A stretch of DNA of 57,401 nucleotides, filler included, from Sphacelaria rigidula (taxonomy: Eukaryota), in assembly GCA_964200075.2 (NCBI GenBank). It is 5 parts of 5 records of this genome, joined end to end, with 100 filler letters (N's around TTAATTAATTAA, not from the genome) between each part and the next. Parts side by side here need not be neighbours in the genome. Positions count along the whole stretch, not along the records: positions 23,002 to 34,401 come from CAXNAA020004962.1; positions 34,502 to 45,901 come from CAXNAA020004963.1; 3 more parts are not named here. The stretch is one strand, 5' to 3'. Shown piece by piece: positions 23,320-36,183 of the stretch; the first letter of the stretch is position 1; the number at the start of each line of letters is the position of its first letter. Made by a program: the position numbers and the translations under genes. The notes beneath the pieces are model-generated. The model had not been told where the DNA came from. It did not search any database and was given only the letters and a program-made list of their open reading frames with translations.

Positions 23320-26300
23320 GAGCTGAACCTCAGTTGTTTATGAACGACACGCTCTGAGCGTTGGCATACCCCGACGCCAGTGATTTAACACTCTAGCGAG
23401 AGCCCAGCCTGTCCAGGCAGCGGTTCCTGTTCTGGAACGGATGGTTCGAACAGGTGATAGCCCGGACAGCACGGCACCGGGTGGGTCGGGATATCGTGAC
23501 CTCAGTGCGAGGATACTTTGTATCGACTGAGATACAGTGTTGAACGTCGCAGTCGAACGTGCGGTCAAGGCTGTACCACGGGGAATATCATTATTCGGAG
23601 CCGACAACATGTGGGAAACATCTTATCTGCCCACAAGAACGTTCATGCGCTAAACTACTTCCTACCACTCACCAGCACTCCAGGATTCCTCATCAACTCT
23701 ATCACTATCCTTGAACGTCTGAGATGTGTGCAATACAGCTTCCCATACATGTTGCCCTTACCACCAAGAGATCATGTTTCTCGAAACCTTGGTGAATGTT
23801 CCTTCCACCCATGGCTCCTGCGCTGTGAAGGAGCCGTTTGTCTGGACAACGCCGTTCGAACAGGAGCAGTTCCACGCGGTGAAGGCGCTTTGGGTAGGAG
23901 GGAAGGTCAACGATCATCATGGGGTTTGGCTAGATAATGTTGGGGTTGACTAAGTTCGGGATGAAGAAAATGCAGCTGTCACATATTTGGGCCTAACTAT
24001 CGAGCAAAATCGCAGTTGGGGAAACACTCCATTTATTAATGACACGCTTTGAGCTCTGCCATACCACGACGGCATTGATTGGACACTCTGGCGAGACCCC
24101 TGCCGTACAGGCCGCGGTCCCTGTTCTGGAACGGGTGACTCGACAAGGTGACGACCCGAACAGCATGGCGCCGGGTGGGTCGGGATATCGTAATCTTAGC
24201 GCGGGAATACTTCGTGTCGACTGAGACACAGTGTTGAACGTCGTAGTCGAACTTCCGGTCACGGTTGTGCTACGAAGAAGTGCAGTGGGAGCCGACCACT
24301 TGTGGGAAACGTCTTATTTACTTGCAAGGATATTCATGAGCTAAACTACTTCCTACCACTTACCAGCACTCCAGGATTCCTCATCAACTCTGTCACCATC
24401 TTACAACGTCTGAGATATGTGCAATACAGCGTTCCTTACATGCTGCCCTCATCATTAAGCTAAAGACCATGTTCCTCGCATACTCGCTGAATGTTCGTCC
24501 CATCCAGGGCTCCTGCGCTGTGGACGAGTCATCCAGTTGGACAAGGCCGCTCGAGCAGAAGCGGTGCCACACGGTCAAGATGCCTTCGGCAGGAGAAAAG
24601 GTCAATGATCAACCTGTAGTTCGGTTAGGTGATGTGAGGGTTGACTGAGTTCGGAATAAATAAAATGCATCTGTGATAGATATGGACGTAATCATCGGGC
24701 AGACCCTCAGTTAGGGAAACACTCCATCATTCATGAACGGCACGCTTTGAACTCTGACATATCACGACGACATTGATTGGACACTCTGGCGAGATCCCGG
24801 CCGTACAGGCGGCGGCCCCTGTTTTGGAACGGGTGACTCGACAAGGTGACAGCCCGGACAGGATGGCACCGGGTGGATTGGTCGGGATGTCGTGATCACA
24901 GCGTGGAGGTACTTGGTGTCGACTGAGACACAGCATTGAACGTCGCAGTCGAACGTGCGGCCACGGCTGTGCAACAAGGAGAATCGTTGGGAGCCGACCA
25001 CACGTGGGAAACGTCTTACTTGCTCACAAGGACGTTTATGCGCTAGACTACTTTCAACCACTCACCAGCACTCCAGGATTCCTCATCAACTTTATCCCCA
25101 CCCTCAACGTCTGAGATGTGTCCAGTACAGCGTCGCTTAGATGCTGCCCTTACCACTAAGCTGAGACCCATGATCCTCGAATACTCACTGAAGGTTCCTT
25201 CCACCCATCGCTCCTGCGCTGCGGGCGAGACGTTTGGTTGGACAAGGCCGCTCGAACAGAAGCGGTGCCACGCGATCAAGATGTCTTGGGCAGGAGACAG
25301 GGTCAATGATCATCCTGTAGTATTAGTTTGGCTGGGTAATGTGGGGGTTATCTGAGTTCGGAACAGAGAAATGCAGCTGTGACAGATTTGGACGTAATCA
25401 TCGGGTTGAACCGCAGTTGGCGAAACACTCCACCATTCATGAACGACGCGCTTTGAGCTCTGCCATACTACGGCGACATTGATTAGACACTCTGGCAAGA
25501 TCCCGGTCGTACAGGCGGCGGCCCCTGTTTTGGAACGGGTGACTCGACAAGGTGACAGCCCGGACAGCATGGCACCGGGTGGGTCGGAATATCGTAGTCT
25601 CAGCGCGGAGATACCTTGCGACGAGTGAGACACAGCGTTGAACGTCGCAGTCGAACGTGCGGTCACGGCTGTGCAACGAGGAGAATCGTTGGGAGCCGAC
25701 CACATGTGGGAAACATCTTCTTCGCTTACAAGGACGTTCATGCGCAGGGGTACATTCTGGCACCCATCAGCACTTCAGGATTCCTCATCAACTCTATGAT
25801 CATCCCACAACGTCTGAGATATGTGCAATACAGCGTTCCTTACATGCTGCCCTCATCATTAAGCTAAAGCTCATATTCCTCGATACCTCACTGATTGCTC
25901 CTTCCACCCATGGCTTCGGCGCTGTGGACGAGTCGTCCAGTTGGACAAGGCCGCTCGAGCAGAAGCGGTGCCACGCGAACAAGACGCCTTGGGCAGGAGA
26001 CAGGGTCAATGATGATACTGTAGTATTGGTTCGGTTAGATAATGTTTGGGTTGACTGAGTTCGGAACGGAGAAATGCAGCTGTGACAGATTTGGAAGTTA
26101 TCATCGGGCAGACCCGCAGTTGGCGAAACACTCCATTCATGAACGACACGCGTTGAGCTCTGTCAAACCACGACGACATTGATTGGACACTCTGGCGAGA
26201 TCCCGGTCGTACAGGCGGCGGCCCCTGTTTTGGAACGGGTGACTCGACAAGATGACGGCCCGGAAAGCATGGCACCGGGTGGATTGGTCGGGATGTCGTG

Positions 26301-26447
26301 ATCTCAGCGCGGGAATGCCCTGGGACGACTGAGACACAGCATTGAACGTCGCAGTCGAACGTGCGGTCACGGCTGTGCCACGAGGAGAATCATAGGCAGC
26401 CGACCACACGTGGGAACCGTCACATCTGGTTACAAGAACGTTCATGC
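23320..26447. repeat. Degenerate ~700-bp tandem array, left block (~4.5 units)
   Basis: Anchor G(A/C)AGCCGAC occurs at ~23598, 24290, 24991, 25693 and 26398. Shared motifs include GGAACGGGTGACTCGACAAG, GTCGAACGTGCGGTCACGGCTGTG and GGTTGACTGAGTTCGG. Confidence 0.92.
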
Positions 26448-26642
26448 ACGACCCATCGACCTGTCACCTGCACGCGCGCCTACGTACGTATCACAGGTAC
26501 CTATCTACCTGTCGCGCATACGTACGTTCTTGGCACAGGTACCTGTCAGCGGCACTTTTATCAAATCATTGTGGTGCATGTATTCAATGCACAGTATATC
26601 TGATACCCGGACACCACCCGTGCTGTTGTCATCTTAACGCAG

Positions 26643-28355
26643 TAGAGATTCGAGCGCGATGATCACCCGCTATCCTGTTCCGGCTAACGTGAACTCAGAC
26701 GAATGGTCACGCTATACGTCAGACCTGCACTGTCTCTCCCCCGATACCATCGACCTCAGCGTCCGGGTTCGAGTGTCACACTCGGCCTTCCTGACGAAGC
26801 CGGCCCTAGCGAGACGTTTCGCGAAGTTGGTCGTAGTCGCGACCCACCTCCGATATCTGACAGGTGAGTCCGAGCGCGCACGTGTGATATTTACGTAAGA
26901 AAGCGTACATGTGACGGGTATCGTCGGTATGTCCGGATGTTTGGTACGCCAGATGTTCGGTACGTCCCGGGGGTACAGAGGTAGTACGTCCGTCCGTACG
27001 GTGCAAAGGTAGTAAGTACGTCCCTATGATCCTACGGCCCCTGGTGTGCCGTGGCACACTACAGTATTTCCTCCCTTTATATCCACGCTTCCACAGGAAG
27101 CAAAGCCTTGTTGGAAGACCTCTCCTGTACGTTCCACGAAGTAGGGTGGAGGAGTCCCACCTTCATGCCCTATTTCGCCGACGATAGTGACGCTGAGAGT
27201 TTGCATACCCTTATGGAGGATACGTTGCACAGGTTAATCTGAGTGCACACGATAGACAGCTGCTTCTTACACTAGAACACGAGAAACAATGAGGGTACAC
27301 ACGTATATTGTAATGCACCGTGAAGTATTGTCCAGGGTGTGTATTTTTTCCCGTCACCAACACAGCACACAACAACAGTCACCGTACGTACGTCCCGTCT
27401 TGGCGTTCCGGCGTGTCGATGTACCGACGTACCGACGTACCGACGTACCGACGTCCAGAACGTCCCGACGTATCCCGACGTCCCGACGTGCCGAACGTCC
27501 CGACGCACCCCCGTACTCGTTTCGTTACCCAAAAACTCGCAACGCTCATCCCCCTTCTCCTGCCGCAGACGGAGCGAGCCAGGCGCGAGGAATGCAACCC
27601 TCCTTGAACATCCCCGGACACAGCAGCCAGCGTTGGAAGCCGCGCACATCGTGTACATGGACACCTTCGATTACTTCTTCACAGCCGAGAAGGAGCACGC
27701 AGCTTCTAGGCTGGCCGCGGCCGGACAGTCGGCTCCCACAAGAACGACACCTTTCATGCCGAAGCTCAAGGGCGTGGGACCCCAGCCGACACAGACTCCG
27801 ACGACCGGAGCACGTGCGGCGGTCGCGGGGGCGGCGGTCACGGGGACGGCGGTCGCGGGGACGGGGGCGGGTAAAGCCGTCAAGACGGCGAAGGCGCGCG
27901 AAAGAAAGCACGCCCACAGCGTACCGGTCATCGTACCCGGAGCCGGGGAGGCCACGCCTTCACGACCACCCGTAACCAGCGCGAGACCCGCCGCCGTCGC
28001 TCCCACCGTCCCGCCCCCGCCACAGAAGGCAAAAACCTCGTTGGGGGCTGACGAGGTGTCGTGTACCCCCCAGGATGCGACGCAGGATTTCTCGGCTCAG
28101 GCTATGTCCCCTCGGCGTTCGGAGGTGACGGAAGACGGCACCTATATAAGTCACTGCAGTCGAAAGAAGAAGAAGAAGAGGGAACAGGAGAAGGAGAAGG
28201 AGAAGAGGAGACGGGAAGGGGAGGGAGGGGAGGAAGGAAGGGGGAGTAGCGATCCGGCCTGGGTAGAAGGGGCGGAACATGGGGGGTATGGACCACGAAT
28301 CCTCAGACAGAGGAAACGGAGACGGAGACAAGCCTGGGGAAAGTGGACAGAGTAG
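26643..28355 (+). CDS. Three phase-compatible exons of an unidentified protein inside the array insertion
   Basis: Exons ~26643-26863 (ends ACAG|GTGAGT, phase 1), 27097-27232 (ccacag|GA..CACAG|GTTAAT, phase 2) and 27569-28355 (ccgcag|A CGG..). They splice to ..RYLTGSKALLEDLSCTF..EDTLHRRSEPGARNA..AAHIVYMDTFDYFF.. with an Ala/Pro-rich then Lys/Glu-rich tail. Confidence 0.55.
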
Positions 28356-28504
28356 ATGTAGATGTGACAAGTACGCTACGGTAGGCGTACAGTCGGGGGA
28401 AGAGGGGGTTCACGGTACGTACGTCCAGACGTACCGAACGTACCGACGTACCGACGTACCAAACGTAGCGAGTATACCGACGTACCGACGTCCCGGCGTC
28501 CCGT

Positions 28505-28980
28505 GGTACGCAGAGATGTATCGTCCAGGGTGTGTACTGTTTGTCTTGCAAGTCACCGGCGCAGGACACAGCACGAATCACCTTTTTTCAGTCACCGGCA
28601 CAGCACACAACAGCGATCACCATCGCTGCATCCGACAAACACAGAAGGTACAGTAGTATGATGCACCGTGATGTGTTGTCCAGAGTGTTGTTTTTTGTTT
28701 TTGCGTTCACCGGCGCAGCACCCAACAACAATCACCACCATCGCTGCACCCGAAAAACACAGAGGGTACAGTGGTATGATGCATCGTGATGTACTGTCCA
28801 GGGTGTGTATTGTTTTCGTTTCCAGTCACCGGCGCAGCACACAACAACAACCACCACCATCGCTACACCCGAAAAAACACAGAGGGTACAGTGGTATGAT
28901 GCACCGTGATGTATTGTCCAGGGAGCGTATTATTTCCCGTCACGAACACAGCACAGCACACAACGACAGTCACCGTACGT
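28505..28980. repeat. ~119-bp tandem repeat (about 4 units; a further copy at ~27285-27390)
   Basis: GTACAGT(A/G)GTATGATGCA(C/T)CGTGATGT occurs at 28648, 28766 and 28886. Confidence 0.88.
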
Positions 28981-29254
28981 ATGTCCCAGCGTACCGATAT
29001 ATCGGACATCCCGACGTACCGAACGTCCCGACGTACTGAATATCCCAACGTACCCAACGTCCCGATGTCCAGATGAACCAGTGACGGACGGATATGGACG
29101 GTCATGGACCGGGACGCTACAGTTGAGCGGCGCAACCTCGGATTAGAACCCACTTGTCATCTACTTGTTATCCAGAAAGCACCAACACAGACAGCAGCAA
29201 CACTACTGCCGCAGAGAACTTCAGTGAGGGTACTATCTGGTCATCAAAGCAGGG

Positions 29255-30353
29255 TAAACATGACTGCAGCGCCGGCGCGGAGAGATATTGTTCCAGTAGA
29301 CGCTGTCGAGAGGGGTCACTGGGTGACCCAGGCCGACGAGAGGCTCTGCTTCAACTTCTATCCGCAGCACATCCTCATGTGCTCTCTCTGCCTCGCGGAT
29401 AGGGCATGGTGGAGATCGTTTTGCGGGGTTACCCCCACGGGAAGGCATTACATGGGGAAACTTGCCGTTTTACTGCGTGCAAGGTCCTGACGGTGACAGG
29501 ACATTCGACCGCCACTCGAGGTAGAGGTCAGGAGGGAAATGAAGAAGCACATAAAATGGAACCATCCAGACATCATGATCCCGAAACCAGGCGATACAGA
29601 AGAGAAGAAGGTACTGCGGCAGCGAGGGAAGTTCGAGCCACCCCCACTGAACGCCCAGATGTGGTGAGTACCTGTCAGCAGCGTTCCGTACTTGCGTGTA
29701 TTCGCCTGACCGTAGTGCAACCACCCTTGGAGACCAGTACCCACCGGTCACCGAGACACCCGTACGTCGGTATGTCGGTATGTCGGTATATCGGAACGTC
29801 CGGTACGTCGGGACGGGGTCCATCTGCTACCTGTCGCCGTGTGTAATGTTTCGTTGCAATCCCTTAGCCACGCCGAACGGCTTTCCGGACCACGCCAACT
29901 GCAGGCCGCTAAGAAATGTGAGGACGAGATGCAGAGTTTGCGGAGGAACATATCGTTCCCCCGGTCCGAGGACTCCAGGCCCGTGTTCTGAGAATGGCTG
30001 AACGGGGAAGAACGCATCAACGTCGTCAACGGTGCAGCAATTCCCAGGTTGAGTCACAGCCCAGCCTCTTCCCTGGATCTCGCGCTCCCAGCGGCATTTC
30101 GCCCGCTCTTCCGGGCCTTTGCCACTATCACAGTGTGGCATATGCAGGACTACGTCACGGCCAAACGCGACGCACAAAAACATAATGGATTTCTGACCGC
30201 CGCCCCTCGGGAGGAGGTGATAGCCGTACGACTGGCGGAGGAGATCCCTCATGACGCCGTGAGGTCACCCACGAAGAGGTCCTGCGCCCACCACCTGTTG
30301 GATCGATTAATGTCCGTACTGAGGTGTAACAAACCCATACTGGAGCATTGGGC
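29255..30353 (+). pseudogene. Disrupted Cys/His-containing ORF(s), possibly transposon-derived
   Basis: Segments LMCSLC..EMKKHIKWNHPD, a donor ATGTG|GTGAGT at ~29664, CRVCGG and TVWHMQDYVTAKRD..HHLLDRLMSVL, with stops and frameshifts. Confidence 0.3.
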
Positions 30354-30385
30354 CGTCTGTGATGTGTGCAATACAGCTTTCCTTA

Positions 30386-31895
30386 CGAGCTGGTTCACAG
30401 TGATCACCCAAAATTGTGTCATCAGCGAATGTCTTCCGCAATACGCACCCAATAGTTGCATATATGATATCTGACCGCAATGAAGAGACGGGAAGGTTGA
30501 CCTAGCCGGGTTTTTGGTGAAGGCCGTAGCGGTGACGCTATGGACGAAAATGTGTCTCAACCAATCAACGCCCTTCAAACTGTTCCGAGATCGAAATTAC
30601 GAATTCCAACCTCGATTTTCACCCAATCTCCACATGCTTTAAATCGTAGTTACCGTCATCGGCACGGGAATCTACCGAGAAAAATATATATTTCGAAAGG
30701 TTGCTGCGGGGGTCGAATTATACCCGGAACCCTGATGTTTCGGTGATGTCGGGTGTTGGCGTTGTCTAATTTCCACAAATGATACGCGCGAAAAACCCAG
30801 GGAGCGTCGTGACGGTGTTCCCTATATATGTCGTAGAAAAGCTCAGATCGTCCTCAAACTTGGCAGTATCGTAGGTCTTGATGCGCAAAATGAAAAATTT
30901 CATTCTTGACAACATTTCGTCGTTTCTCCCTTTTCCACCAGCTTCCGGGGGTCCCAGTATGAAGACCCCCGGAAGGCGGTACAGAAATGCCGCTAGAAAA
31001 CAAATGATGCCTCCCGGGGTAAGTCAAGATACCCACGTAGAAAGTTTGGTGGGGAAAATCGGAAACCTCATACAGCTTTTCTTGCCTTGACATAAAATTT
31101 ATTCCAAAATTTGTGTCTGTGCTGAAACCAAGTAGTGAGGAGTTGCACGTTTCAAGCTCACGTCCTCCACAAACGCGCAAACCTTCACGCCGTTATTAAA
31201 AGTCGAATCCTGAACCTTTGCGCAAATATGCTATGTATCATTAAGCAACTTTCTACGGACGAGGTTTATTTAACTTCTTGAGTTCTTTCCGTTTTTCGGG
31301 GGTCCGATGGGATACAAGTCGTTTTCGAAGTAGTCTCCATGTTGGGACCCCAGAAAACTGGCACTACGATTTTGTTTTTTCATTTTTTCGCGCACGATTT
31401 GTCGCCGCATAACCCAAGAAAGGGCTCCACAAAGTTTCGTAGCAAAAATCGATAGACTGATGCTTGCAGTTTCATGTTCACGTCAAAGAAGGCCCAAAAA
31501 CGCCGTTTTGGTACAAAAATCAAGTAGCTTGCGGTTTCACGGCGGTACGCCAAGGCTTATCGCACAAAAGCAAAAAACCTCACGCCGTTCTAGGGAGTTA
31601 GACCCTGAAGTTTTCCTCAGCTGTTCTATGGATGATTGCGGATGTTTGGAAAAACAAGCGTTTTTATTTTTATTTATTCACCATGCTACGGGGGTCAGAT
31701 TGAATCGATGTTTTCCCGAAGAAATGGGGACCCCCGAAAAACAGTGGAACAAGTCGAGAGATGAAAAAGACCTCGTTCTTCAAAAGTTGCGTGATGATAC
31801 ATATAACATCTGTGCATTTTTCCAGGATCTAACACCTCGAATGGCGTGAGGTTTTGCCGAAAGGGGTTTTTGGGTGATCACCGTAAACCAGCTCG
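30386..31895. mobile_element. Non-autonomous Tc1/mariner-type DNA transposon (1510 bp)
   Basis: TIR CGAGCTGGTTCACAGTGATCACCCAAAA / TTTTGGGTGATCACCGTAAACCAGCTCG. TA TSD at 30384-30385 and 31896-31897. Removing it restores the array sequence CTTTCCTTACATGTTGCCCTC. Confidence 0.92.
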
Positions 31896-34165
31896 TACAT
31901 GTTGCCCTCACCACTGAGCTGGAGCTCGTCTTCCTCGTAACCTCGCTGAATGTTGCTTCCAACCATGGCTCCTGCGCTGCGGACGAGCCGTTCCGTTGGA
32001 CAAGGAAGCTCGAGCAGGAGCGGTGCCACGAGATCAAGACACCTTGGGTAGGAGGGAAGGTCGATGATCATCCTGTAGTTTGGCTAGGTAATGTGGGGGT
32101 TGACTGAGTTCGGAACGACAAAAACGCAGCTGTTACAGATTTGGACGTAATCATCGGGCAAACCCTCAGTTGGGGCAACACTGCATTCATGAACAACACG
32201 CTTCGAGCGTTGACATACCACGACGACCTTGATTGGACACTATGGCAAGATCCCGGCCGTACAGGCAGCGGTCCCTGTTCTGGAACGGGTGATTCGACAA
32301 GATGGCAGCCCGACCAGCATGGCACCGGGTGGATTGGGACATCATGCCCTCAGCGCTGAGATACAGTGTTGGACGCCGCAGTCAAACGTGCGGTCACGGC
32401 TGTGGCACGAGGAGAATAGCTGGGAGCCGACCACCCGTGGGAAATGTCGCATCTACCTACAAGGACGTTCATGCGCTGGAATACTTCCTACCCTCACCAG
32501 CGGGATTTCCCAACAGCTCTATCACCACCCTACAACGTCTGAGATGTGCCCAATACAGCTTTCCTCACATGTTGCCCTCACCACTAAGCTGGAGCTCGTC
32601 TTCCTCGAGACCTCGCTGAATGTTGCTTCCACCCATGGCTCCTGCGCTGCGGACGAGCCGTTCCTTTGGGCAAGGCCGCTCGAACAGAAGTGGTGCCACG
32701 AGGTCAAGACGCCTTGGGTAGGAGGGAAGGTCGGTGATCATCCTGTAGTTTGGCAAAAGAATGTTGGGGTTGACTGAGTTCGGAACGAAAATATCGCAGC
32801 TATTACAGATTTGGACCCCACTATCGGGCAAACCCTCAGTTGGGGCAACACTGCATTCATGAACAACATGCTTAGAGCGTTGTCATGCCACGACGACATT
32901 GATTGGACACTCTGGCAAGATCCCGGTCGTACAGGCAGCGGTCCCTGTTCTGGAACGGGTGATTCGACAAGATGACAGCCCGGACAGCATGGCGCCGGAT
33001 GGGTCGGGACATCATGCCCTCAGCGCGAGGATACTTCTGTCGACTGAGGTACAGCGTAAGACATCGCAGTCGAACGTGCAGTCACGGCTGTGCCACGAGA
33101 AGAGTCATTGGGAGCCGATCAATCATGGGAAACGTCTTACCTGCCTGCAAGAACATCATGCGCTGGAATACTTCCTACCACTCACCAGCACTCCCGGATT
33201 CCTTCACAACGGTATCACCATCCCACAACACCTGTGATGTGTGCAATGCAGCTTTCCTCACATGTTGCTCTTACCAGTACGCTGAAGCTCATGCTCCTCG
33301 AGACCTCGCTGAATGTTGCTTTCATCCATGGCTCCTGCGCTGCGGACGAGCCGGTCAGTTGGACAAGGCCGCTCGAACAGACGCGGTTCCACGCGATCAA
33401 GATCCATTGGGCAGGAGAAAGGGTCAATGATCATCCTGTAGTTCGGTTAGGTGATGCTGATCTACTTCCTACCACTCACCAGCACTCCAGAGCTTCTTCT
33501 CCGTCCCACCTCCATGCCACAATGTCTTCGGACGTCTGTAATATAGTGTTCTTACTATGGTGTATTCACCACTAACTCCAAGCTGACGATTGACAAAACC
33601 CCGCTGACTCTCCCTGCCACACATGGCCCCTGTGCTGTAGGCCAGCCGTGTATGGGTTTATCAAGAACGCTGAAGATGAAGCGTTTACACACAGATCGGA
33701 GGCAGTCAATGGTGGTCACTAGCTTAGGTTTGGCTGGACTAGGTTTGGGTGTACGAGGCTAGGGTTGAGGCAACAGGGGCTGTGACGGTGTTCGACCTCG
33801 TCGTGAGGCCGAACACCTGTAGTGGAAACACCCTGTCAATGGACGGCACGCGCGGAGCGTTGGCATACCACGGCGACATTGATTGAGACTCTGCGGGGGA
33901 CCCGACCTGATCGAGCAGCGCTCCCTGTCTCTGAACGGCAGTCCGAAAGGCGTCAGCTCGGACGACACGATACGGGGTGGGTTGGTCTTCCGTGACCGAA
34001 GCGCAGAAACACATGGAGCCGACTTGGACACATTGTCGAACGTGCGTTTGCGGCTAAGTCACGAGGAGAATCATTGGGAGCCGACCACGGGTGGAGAAAG
34101 TCCTATCTGCCTGCAGGGATATTTGACGCGCTGGGATGCTTTCTACCACTCACCAACACTCCAGA
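31896..34165. repeat. ~700-bp tandem array, right block, ending in a strongly diverged unit (~33465-34165)
   Basis: Anchors at ~32424, 33111 and 34079, with the same motifs as the left block. Confidence 0.9.
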
Positions 34166-34401
34166 ACTCTCAGTATGAGTGCCAGGAGATACCATGGTGC
34201 CAACCCACCAAGCTCCCACGTGGGCAACATCACACAGGCCTAGCTTTTCATCATGAACAATCACACAGTAAGCCCATCCATGTGCAGACTGTTGATTAGG
34301 AACTCACGTGTTTCATAGCGTCATGTTATATCTACAAGCCTCTCTTACTCAGTATAGCCGGGGCGCAGCCATAGGAGCAGAGCGTAGTGATGGCCCAGGG
34401 T

Positions 34402-34501
34402 NNNNNNNNNNNNNNNNNNNNNNNNNNNNNNNNNNNNNNNNNNNNTTAATTAATTAANNNNNNNNNNNNNNNNNNNNNNNNNNNNNNNNNNNNNNNNNNN
34501 N
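34402..34501. other. Artificial 100-nt spacer
   Basis: Same as 11402-11501. Confidence 0.98.
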
Positions 34502-34661
34502 AAACAAATTTGGACTATCTTCGAGAAACTAAGAAATTACGGATTCTGCATACTTCTGACGCTGACTACTGTATTCATAGTAGATCCAATCATATGGGAC
34601 ACCCAACCAAGCAATCAACCGTCAGATCGCTCTACTGGCGCGCAGAGACCACACAACGCAC

Positions 34662-36149
34662 CATGTAAAAGTCTTGGTATCGCTTTGTCCTCTTTTGCCG
34701 CCGCAAAAAGGTGCTTTCCTTAGACCCGTCCGGCTTGTTAAGCCCCGCATCCAGCTTGTCCGCCAGTGTCCCCAACTCCAAGAACTGGACCATAACAATA
34801 ACATCGGCAGTAGCAGCAGCAGCAGCAACAAGAACAGCGTTACGACGAAATATAATGCTCTACATTCACGACACATTGTAATTCGCAGTATTGTGTGTCA
34901 TCGGTGCTTGTGCACGCCCAACACGTAAACATTCGCTCGTCACACGTTCTACAACTTCCATTCCGTGCCGTGGAGAGCACGTACAAGGTTTGTTCCCGGC
35001 AAAAACGAGCATAACAGTACATTCAACCATTTGGCTTTCTGGTCCGAATGAGTCGCTGGAAAAGCGCAGCCGTTATACAGTCACGTACACAAACATAACA
35101 TATACTTTCATCAACTCTAATATTTTCTGTCGTGCACGCGCTCAACAAAAAGCGAACCGTGGGCAGGCGGGAGGGGGGGGGGGAGGGGGGGTTCTCGATG
35201 TATTGATCCTCACCAAGCCAAGATGGACCTTCGTGGTAAAAAAAGGTGTCGAGTGACATGAAAAACGCACAGTAATACGTTGACACTGTCTGTACCAACA
35301 GCTTTCGACTAGACGTTTCTGCTTGCAACAGCGTGTGAAAGTCGCTGCTTCGTACAAGAAGCTGCTCAATGTCACCCGCCCCCCTGTCGTCGCATCACTC
35401 GCAATACAAACGGCCCACAGTACAGCGCGCGTAAGTCTACGCACAACACACAGAGCGCGCAAATATGATTGGATCTTTTCAATCAATTTGATGCGTATGA
35501 TCAATTTTAATGGTAGCCATGGAATATGAAAAACATAGCGACGGCACGAAACAAAGTAGACATGGATCGCAAATGAGGAGCCGTCTCATCACCGGCGACA
35601 TGTGGGTCGATTGCAGAGCGTTCGTGGCGCCGAGGTCAGCATTTGAAAGGCTAGTACATGATTTGCATTGACCACCAACCCCCCTCTCTTATTGAAACAT
35701 GGCTTGCACCATGGACCGTTGGGAGTGACAACCTCAGAGAGTACCATTTCTCGGCCTCCAGTTCTCTCCAAGACTTCGTACGCATGGTGCTGGAAACATT
35801 TGACCGGTATTCATGTATGCACAGGGGTTTCACTGGCAATCACAGTCGCCACGCCCCGCCGGGCGAACCGCCAACACTAAAAACAGTGACGCCGGAAATA
35901 TTACGGGCTCGTGATATAATAGTGTAATAGTGTGATTGTGTAATAGTGCCTGACTTCCGTCATTGAAAACGTCAGTAGAGTAGGAAAAAAATACTTTTTG
36001 GCAGAGTCTGGTAAGACAAAAGCTGACGTGGTCTGGGCTTGCTGCTTTAATCCGCGAGGTCAAGATGTCAGGTATGTACCAGAGGAGACATGACTTCATC
36101 TCCTGAGCCCACAAATTCGTCCCGAGGAACGGGCGGGGTTGAGAGTATG

Positions 36150-36183
<34 letters not shown>

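Noticed and set aside
28505..28980. 119-bp repeats and CCGACGTA runs as a CRISPR-like array
   Set aside because: Whole units are repeated with no unique spacers, the context is eukaryotic, and there are no cas-like ORFs.
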